From positions 1 to 32,000 of the forward strand of contig NZ_FUWK01000019.1 in NCBI RefSeq assembly GCF_900167395.1: a stretch of 32,000 nucleotides of DNA, given 5' to 3'. The position numbers were made by a program, and so were the translations under genes. The notes below the pieces were generated by a model that searched no databases, had not been told where the DNA came from, and saw nothing but the letters and a program-made list of their open reading frames with translations. The stretch is from Nitrosomonas europaea (GTDB lineage: Bacteria; Pseudomonadota; Gammaproteobacteria; Burkholderiales; Nitrosomonadaceae). This document shows, one piece after another, positions 17,313-23,546 of this stretch. Within the stretch, counting starts at the first letter, position 1. The number at the start of each line of letters is the position of its first letter.

Positions 17313-19145
17313 TTGAGTTCGACAATAGCCAAGTTGGGCGTTCCGCCAGTACAAAAAAGTAATTCCCTGTCTTCCAGAATAGATGTCGTTGTGCCAACGC
17401 CTACAGTTAATTCATCGCCTCAGAAAAGAGCGGATTTTACAACTTTGGTGGAGTCGCTCGAGTATGCTGCACAAGGGGAAACTGGGTACAATTTCTACGA
17501 TTCGAGAGGTAATCTAAAATCTGTACTTGCATACAAAGACTTGTGTGCCAACTCGAAAATAATCGCAAGACGGTTATCCGGTCTTGGATTGGCGCGTAAC
17601 AGTCGGGTTGCTCTGATTGCCGATACTACTCCGGAGTTCATCGAGCTGTTTTTTGCATGCCGGTTTGCAGGCCTTGTTCCATTTGCGATGCCGGTACCTG
17701 TAAATCTTGGCAGTCGTGCAATCTATGTACAGCAACTGAGAGGTATGCTTGAGAGCAGTAAGGCAAGCGTTGCAGTCGCCAATCTTGATTTCGTTGAATT
17801 TCTCAATGAGGCGGTTGGCAGTCTGGTAAGTAGCGAACTTAAATGGAGCGGTACACCTGAACAGCTTGATTTGCTGCCGGAAGCTGACGTAGTGTTTTCC
17901 CCCAATACACCAGATGAAACCGCCTATCTGCAATTTACTTCCGGCAGCACTCGTTTGCCAAGAGGGGTGGTCATTACCGAGCGAGCTTTGATGACCAACT
18001 TGCGCGGTATCGTTTGCAATGGTCTTGATGTTCGGCTGGGTGACCGATGCGCTTCATGGCTTCCTTTTTATCATGATATGGGCTTGGTTGGTCTGGTATT
18101 GGCCCCTTTGGCGGCCCAATTATCTGTAGATTATCTGGCAACCCGGGATTTTGCAGTCCGCCCCCTGCAGTGGCTTAAGTTAATCAGTCGTAATCGCTGC
18201 ACTATTGCTTTCAGCCAACCATTTGGTCTCAAGTTATGTACGCTGCGTGCCCGTGAATCAGATTTGGCTGATCTGGATTTGAGCTGCTGGCGAGCGGCCG
18301 GTGTCGGTGCTGAGATGATCCGAATGGATACATTGAAAAGCTTTGCAGCTAAATTTGCTGCTGCGGGTTTCGATGAGCGTGCTTTTCTACCATGCTACGG
18401 GTTGGCTGAATCGACCCTTGCCGTCTCTTTCCCTGATATCAGCCGGGGAGCAAGGAGTTTGCGTGTGGATGCCAGAACCCTGATCGAGAAAAAGATTGCG
18501 GTGAGAGTCCAGGCAGAGGGTAGAAAATATAATGAATTCGTGAATTGTGGTCGCCCATTACCAGGCCATGAGGTCAGAATAGTCGATGACACGGATCATG
18601 AGGTCCCTCACATGACGGTGGGAAGTATTCTAGTCAGGGGGGGGAGTGTAATGAACGGGTATTTCAACAACGCAGAAGAGACCGCGAGAGCGATCAGACC
18701 GGATGGTTGGTTGGATACGGGTGATATTGGCTTTCTGTTCGAGGATGATTTATATATTACAGGCCGGCGAACGGATGTCATTATCGTCAATGGTAGAAAT
18801 ATACGAGCTCAGGATGTGGAAGAGCTGGCTGAACAACAGCCGGAAGTAAGGGCACGTGAAGCTTCTGCATTTGGAATCAGTAATGAGGATGGTTCGACAT
18901 CGGTTGTGCTGGTTGTTGAATGCAGACTCGCATCGGCAGTAGACCGGCAATCGCTTATCAATAGACTTCAGCAGATGGTATATATGGCATTCGGGGTAAG
19001 CTGTCTGGTTGAGTTAGTACCGCCGCATACATTGCCCCGGACATCTTCAGGAAAGTTGTCACGCTTTGCAGCACGTCAGGGATTCCTGCGGCGCGCAAAT
19101 CTGGAACAGCCCACTGCAGCAACGACTATTCATACCGCTGGCTGA
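17313..19145 (+). CDS. Fatty-acyl-AMP ligase / acyl-ACP synthetase (adenylate-forming superfamily)
   Basis: Motifs YLQFTSGSTRLPRGVVIT, YHDMGL, GWLDTGDIGF and GRRTDVIIVNGRNIRAQDVE, plus C-terminal SSGKLSR. TTG start 17313 follows AGGGGAAG (17302..17309), and there is no in-frame ATG for more than 120 codons. Alternative starts are TTG 17334 and GTG 17391. Confidence 0.85.
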   Translation: MSSTIAKLGVPPVQKSNSLSSRIDVVVPTPTVNSSPQKRADFTTLVESLEYAAQGETGYNFYDSRGNLKSVLAYKDLCANSKIIARRLSGLGLARNSRVALIADTTPEFIELFFACRFAGLVPFAMPVPVNLGSRAIYVQQLRGMLESSKASVAVANLDFVEFLNEAVGSLVSSELKWSGTPEQLDLLPEADVVFSPNTPDETAYLQFTSGSTRLPRGVVITERALMTNLRGIVCNGLDVRLGDRCASWLPFYHDMGLVGLVLAPLAAQLSVDYLATRDFAVRPLQWLKLISRNRCTIAFSQPFGLKLCTLRARESDLADLDLSCWRAAGVGAEMIRMDTLKSFAAKFAAAGFDERAFLPCYGLAESTLAVSFPDISRGARSLRVDARTLIEKKIAVRVQAEGRKYNEFVNCGRPLPGHEVRIVDDTDHEVPHMTVGSILVRGGSVMNGYFNNAEETARAIRPDGWLDTGDIGFLFEDDLYITGRRTDVIIVNGRNIRAQDVEELAEQQPEVRAREASAFGISNEDGSTSVVLVVECRLASAVDRQSLINRLQQMVYMAFGVSCLVELVPPHTLPRTSSGKLSRFAARQGFLRRANLEQPTAATTIHTAG

Positions 19146-19223
19146 TAACATAGTTTCCATCGGTAAGGCCAGATCTTCGCACGAGAAGGAGATGGAAGTT
19201 CCTTCTCATGTTCAGTACGCTTC

Positions 19224-20144
19224 ATGTTTAGAACTGTCGCATTAACGGGCGCCACAGGGTTTATCGGCCGAGTTCTTATCGCCAAGCTGGCAGCGTCCGG
19301 ATGGAAGGTTCGTGCGTTGGCCAGGCGAGTACCTTTCAGACAGGATCTTCCACTCGTAGAATGGATTTGTGGAGATATGAATTGTGACAGTGTATTGTGT
19401 GACCTCGTTTCTGGTACCGAAGCGGTTATACACTGTGCAGGAGCAATCAGAGGAAAATCCTGGGATGATTTTTCCCGAACCAACGTGACTGGAACAAGAA
19501 ATATATTAAGAGCTGCTTCCGGAGCACCTTCCTGTTCAAGATTCCTATTTATTTCTTCACTGGCTGCGCGTGAACCCCATCTCTCCTGGTATGCACGGAG
19601 TAAATTCGAGGCTGAGCAGCTGATCCCGGGATTCTCCGGACTGGCATCGACTGTATTCAGGCCGGCAGCGGTTTACGGTCTGGGTGACAAAGCGATGCAG
19701 CCATTTTTTCAGGCGATGCGCTATGGTATTCTCCTCGTGCCGGGAGATCCTGGTAACCGTTTCGGCCTGATACATGTGGACGATATGGTTGCTGCCATTC
19801 ATAACTGGCTCGAGGCCGGGCAGCCTGTGAAGGGTACTTATGAAATAGATGATGGAACATCAGGCGGATATGACTATACGTCCATCGCTGCGCTTGCTGA
19901 ACAAGTTCTGAGCAGGCCGGTGCATTGTCTCCAGATACCTTTGGGCGGTATACGTATGCTAGCCCGTTTTAATTTATGGCTGGCGCATCTCCTGAATTAT
20001 GCTCCGATACTGACACCGGGCAAAGTGATGGAATTTCAGCATCCAGACTGGACGTGCGATATTTCTTCTCTGAAGAGAGAACTGGCTGGCTGGTCTCCGG
20101 TAACTAAACTGGAAACGGTGTTGCCCCTGCTTGTCAGAATGTAA
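19224..20144 (+). CDS. NAD(P)-dependent extended SDR (epimerase/dehydratase family), candidate 3-keto reductase (CerR-like)
   Basis: MFRTVALTGATGFIGRVL carries the Rossmann GxxGxxG motif, YARSK is the YxxxK catalytic motif, and the protein is 306 aa. Confidence 0.8.
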   Translation: MFRTVALTGATGFIGRVLIAKLAASGWKVRALARRVPFRQDLPLVEWICGDMNCDSVLCDLVSGTEAVIHCAGAIRGKSWDDFSRTNVTGTRNILRAASGAPSCSRFLFISSLAAREPHLSWYARSKFEAEQLIPGFSGLASTVFRPAAVYGLGDKAMQPFFQAMRYGILLVPGDPGNRFGLIHVDDMVAAIHNWLEAGQPVKGTYEIDDGTSGGYDYTSIAALAEQVLSRPVHCLQIPLGGIRMLARFNLWLAHLLNYAPILTPGKVMEFQHPDWTCDISSLKRELAGWSPVTKLETVLPLLVRM

Positions 20145-20288
20145 CGGATATTTATTCTTGAAGCATTCCAAATGTTCGTCGACAATATATTGCTTTCGCG
20201 GGTATCACTTCTGTTTTGATACCGGGTATTTTCATATTCCCTGATCCGGGAATGATTTGTCGATATGAACTGTTCAGGGATTGATCTC

Positions 20289-20546
20289 ATGTCTGAAGTA
20301 ACTCAAGAGCAAATTACAGCACTGCTTTGCCAGCGCCTGGCAAATTTTACGGAGATTGAAACGGAAGTATCTCCGGAAACGAACCTCATCACGCATTTAG
20401 CGATTGATTCGGTCAAACTGTTGAATCTAGTGATGGAAATCGAGGATCAGTTTGATATATCCGTTCCACTGAACACACTCGTAGATGTTCTGACGGTACA
20501 GGACCTCGCCAATCTGATCTACAAAATAAAATCATTATCACAATGA
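20289..20546 (+). CDS. Dedicated acyl carrier protein
   Basis: LAIDSVKLLNLVMEIEDQFDISVP is a phosphopantetheine-attachment helix II, with the Ser codon at 20409..20411. The protein is about 85 aa from ATG 20289 (the ORF track starts at 20265). The stop overlaps the next gene's start (ATGA). Confidence 0.8.
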   Translation: MSEVTQEQITALLCQRLANFTEIETEVSPETNLITHLAIDSVKLLNLVMEIEDQFDISVPLNTLVDVLTVQDLANLIYKIKSLSQ

Positions 20547-21727
20547 GTCTGCTGGAAAAACTTGATGCAGCCGCAGCGGCAAGGAAAGCACAATTACCCG
20601 AAGGTATTGGGGCTTTTGGCATTCCTATAGAAGAATCCTACTCGGCAACCGAAGCAAGAATCGGCAAACGTCGTGTATTGATGCTGGGAACCAACAATTA
20701 CCTCGGGCTCAGTTTCGCACCAGAATGCAGAGAAGCCGCTCATCAGGCCATTGATCAGGAAGGTACCGGTACCACCGGTTCGCGCATGGCCAATGGCAAT
20801 TACTATGGTCATCGAGCACTGGAGCGTGAGTTTGCAGAATTTTATAAATATCGTGAATGTATTGTTTTTACAACAGGTTATCAGGCTAATTTAGGAACGA
20901 TTTCTGGATTGGTAGGGGCGGGTGATATCGTGCTGATCGACGGGGATGCCCATGCCAGTATTTATGATGGCTGTATTTTGAGTGGGGCGGATATCATTCG
21001 CTTCCGGCATAACGATCCGGCTGATCTTGAAAAACGGCTTCGTCGGTTGGGTGATCGCAGTCGAAATACACTGATCATTATCGAGGGTATTTACAGCATG
21101 CTAGGAGATCAGGCTCCTTTGGCTGAGATTGTGCAAATAAAAAATACCTATCAGAGCACTTTACTGCTTGATGAAGCTCATTCACTCGGTGTTCTGGGAG
21201 AAACCGGTCAGGGGTTAGTGGAGAAAACCGGGATGAATGATGAGATCGACTTCATAACTGGAACTTTCAGTAAGAGTTTATGTGGTATCGGTGGTTTTTG
21301 TGTCAGCAATCACCCTCAGCTTGACCAGCTCCGGTATGTAAGCCATCCCTATATATTCACTGCTTCTCCTTCACCGGCAACTATTGCTTCCACACGTGCT
21401 GCTTTGAAACTGTTGCAAGAGGGGCGTTTATTACGTGAACGTTTGTGGCAGAATGCTCATCGGCTTTATTCCAGCCTTGAAAAGAGCGGATATCGTCTCG
21501 GTCCGCAACCCGGCCCCATCGTGGCCATCTTGCTTGATAATCCCAGGCAGGCACTTACACTGTGGAATGGACTGATGGAGCATGATATTTATGTGAATCT
21601 GGTATTGCCCCCTGCTGCACCGGAAGGAAAGTCACTGGTGCGTTGTAGCATCAATGCAGCCCATACGACTGAACAGATTGATCAGGTGTGTGATGTTTTT
21701 TCTAAACTGCATCCTATCGTAGCGTAA
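20543..21727 (+). CDS. spt: PLP-dependent alpha-oxoamine synthase, serine palmitoyltransferase-like
   Basis: The PLP lysine sits in GTFSKS (codon 21272..21274). Blocks NNYLGL, GTTGSRMANG, TGYQANLG, DAHASIYDGC, IRFRHND, LLDEAHS, PYIFTAS and LVRCSINAAHT match my memory of Sphingomonas SPT better than BioF/Kbl. Confidence 0.82.
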   Translation: MSLLEKLDAAAAARKAQLPEGIGAFGIPIEESYSATEARIGKRRVLMLGTNNYLGLSFAPECREAAHQAIDQEGTGTTGSRMANGNYYGHRALEREFAEFYKYRECIVFTTGYQANLGTISGLVGAGDIVLIDGDAHASIYDGCILSGADIIRFRHNDPADLEKRLRRLGDRSRNTLIIIEGIYSMLGDQAPLAEIVQIKNTYQSTLLLDEAHSLGVLGETGQGLVEKTGMNDEIDFITGTFSKSLCGIGGFCVSNHPQLDQLRYVSHPYIFTASPSPATIASTRAALKLLQEGRLLRERLWQNAHRLYSSLEKSGYRLGPQPGPIVAILLDNPRQALTLWNGLMEHDIYVNLVLPPAAPEGKSLVRCSINAAHTTEQIDQVCDVFSKLHPIVA

Positions 21728-21794
21728 GTGAGCAGATGTGGTTACCACTAGGCTTACGCTCATAAGAGTCGCTGGATGATAAAGGTTCTTACCT

Positions 21795-22559
21795 GTGATT
21801 GACTGGATTGTGCCAGATTGGCCTGCTCCTGCGAATGTTGACGCCATATTTACTACCCGGAATATTGGGGCTGCTGAGAACAGGGGAATTTATGCCGGTC
21901 TGAATTTGGCAAGCCATGTCGATGATGATCCGCTGATTGTTCAACAAAACCGTAACCAACTGCGTCAATATCTGCCTGACCATCCTCGCTGGCTGACACA
22001 GGTCCATGGTTCACAGCCAGTCTGGGTGGATTCCAGTAATGAAACACTTGAACTTGAAGCCGATGCCGCGATGAGCCGTCGCCCTGGTGTGGTGTGTGCG
22101 GTTCTGGTGGCAGATTGTTTGCCGGTTTTATTGTGTGATATGGCTGGCAGTGTCGTGGGTGTTGCCCACGCGGGCTGGCGCGGACTGGCCGGAGGTGTTA
22201 TCGAAAATACGGTCAGAGAGTTACGCAGGTTCAGTAGTAGCGATCGGATAATTGCATGGCTGGGCCCGGCAATCAGCTCACGGCACTTTGAAGTCGGAGA
22301 CGAAGTGCGAGAGGTGTTTACTCAGTACGATCACCGGGCAGCATGTGCGTTCTTGCCTGGCAAGGAGGCTGGAAAATGGTATGCAAATCTCTTTGATCTG
22401 GCGCGTCAGAGGCTATCTCATGCCGGGGTAAATCAGGTTTATGGTGGTGATTTATGTACGTTCAGCAATCCTGAACAATTTTATTCCTATCGCCGTGATG
22501 GAAAAACAGGAAGAATGGCTGGTTTGTTATGGATGACGCAGCCTGCGGGTATGCAGTGA
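21795..22559 (+). CDS. pgeF: YfiH/PgeF family (DUF152, laccase-domain) purine nucleoside phosphorylase / peptidoglycan editing factor
   Basis: GTG start giving MIDWIVPDWPAPANVDAIFTTR. Further blocks are VLVADCLPVL, VAHAGWRGLAGGV and CTFSNPEQFYSYRRDG. Confidence 0.87.
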   Translation: MIDWIVPDWPAPANVDAIFTTRNIGAAENRGIYAGLNLASHVDDDPLIVQQNRNQLRQYLPDHPRWLTQVHGSQPVWVDSSNETLELEADAAMSRRPGVVCAVLVADCLPVLLCDMAGSVVGVAHAGWRGLAGGVIENTVRELRRFSSSDRIIAWLGPAISSRHFEVGDEVREVFTQYDHRAACAFLPGKEAGKWYANLFDLARQRLSHAGVNQVYGGDLCTFSNPEQFYSYRRDGKTGRMAGLLWMTQPAGMQ

Positions 22560-22751
22560 CTGCGCCGTTAATGTCTGCCGGCTGAGTACGATAAATAATA
22601 CTCCCTTCCCCATTGCCTTCCTTGATGTAATTCAGTTCAGCTGGAAATCGTTATTAACCTCTTATCTTATCCTTTCCTGTTTGTACTGCGATCCGTAAGT
22701 AATCATGTGTGTAATTTCTGTCTGTTTCTGATTATCCTGGGTACGTAACTT

Positions 22752-23546
22752 ATGCCAGTATTAGCCTGGATCATTTTTGCCAGCCTAGCCAGTGGTTTAC
22801 TGAGTATTGGACTGGCAGCACTATTTGCCCTGAATGTCCACAGTAATAAGTGGATTTCTGTATTAATTTCCTACGCGATCGGCGCACTTCTTGGTGCAGC
22901 ATTTCTGAATGCATTGCCTGAGGCACTTGAGCTCACAGAGTCTCCCAAGCAACTGACGTTGATCCTGCTGCTTGGTATTCTTATTTTCTTTATTCTGGAA
23001 AAGCTTTTGTTATGGCGCCATTGTCATTTATCGGAATGTGAGGCGCATGAACCCGCTATACAGATAAAGTCATCAGATGTCCACGATCATGGTCGCAGTG
23101 GCATGATGATCGTGTTGGGTGACACCTTTCATAATTTTGTAGATGGTATCCTGATTGCAACGGCTTTTATGGCGGATATTCAACTCGGAATCGTTACGGC
23201 CATTGCCATTACTGCACACGAAATTCCGCAGGAGGCAGGAGATTTCATCATTTTGCTCAATTCGGGTTTTACCCGGGCGCGTGCCCTCTGGCTCAATCTG
23301 TTATCAGGTGCGGCGACACTGTTTGGCGGGTTGCTGGGTTATTTCATGCTATACCAGCTGGATCACATGATAGCGCCCATACTCGCTATTGCTGCGGCAA
23401 GCATGATATACGTAGCGATGTCCGATCTGATCCCCAGTCTGCATAAACGGCCGGAAATCAGAGCGACCATTCAGCAGGTCACACTCATCATCTTGGGAAT
23501 CAGTACGATATGGCTGATAGGGTTGTTCTTTGGTCATAACCATTGA
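22752..23546 (+). CDS. ZIP family divalent metal (Zn/Fe) transporter
   Basis: A multi-TM protein with HNFVDGILIA and AHEIPQEAGDFIIL signature helices and a His/Cys-rich loop (HCHLSECEAHE...DVHDHG). Confidence 0.87.
   Translation: MPVLAWIIFASLASGLLSIGLAALFALNVHSNKWISVLISYAIGALLGAAFLNALPEALELTESPKQLTLILLLGILIFFILEKLLLWRHCHLSECEAHEPAIQIKSSDVHDHGRSGMMIVLGDTFHNFVDGILIATAFMADIQLGIVTAIAITAHEIPQEAGDFIILLNSGFTRARALWLNLLSGAATLFGGLLGYFMLYQLDHMIAPILAIAAASMIYVAMSDLIPSLHKRPEIRATIQQVTLIILGISTIWLIGLFFGHNH

Noticed and set aside
17313-21727. The idea that the lipid module is a low-GC horizontally acquired island.
   Set aside because: Hand counts of single 60-nt lines are inconsistent: 27/60 G+C at 17341..17400, 22/60 at 20401..20460, 35/60 at 19561..19620, and 33/60 in carB at 12121..12180. 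No compositional claim can be made without a proper sliding-window calculation.
20543-21727. Reading the alpha-oxoamine synthase as BioF (biotin) or Kbl (threonine catabolism).
   Set aside because: No bioA/bioD/bioB or tdh neighbours are present. It is translationally coupled to a dedicated ACP and sits next to a FAAL and a reductase. Its conserved blocks look SPT-like. This still needs a phylogeny to confirm.
22644-22658. Possible Zur box (GAAATCGTTATTAAC) upstream of the ZIP transporter.
   Set aside because: Only one half-site resembles the GAAATGTTAT-type consensus. The second half is not palindromic, and positional matching to the 23-bp consensus is poor.
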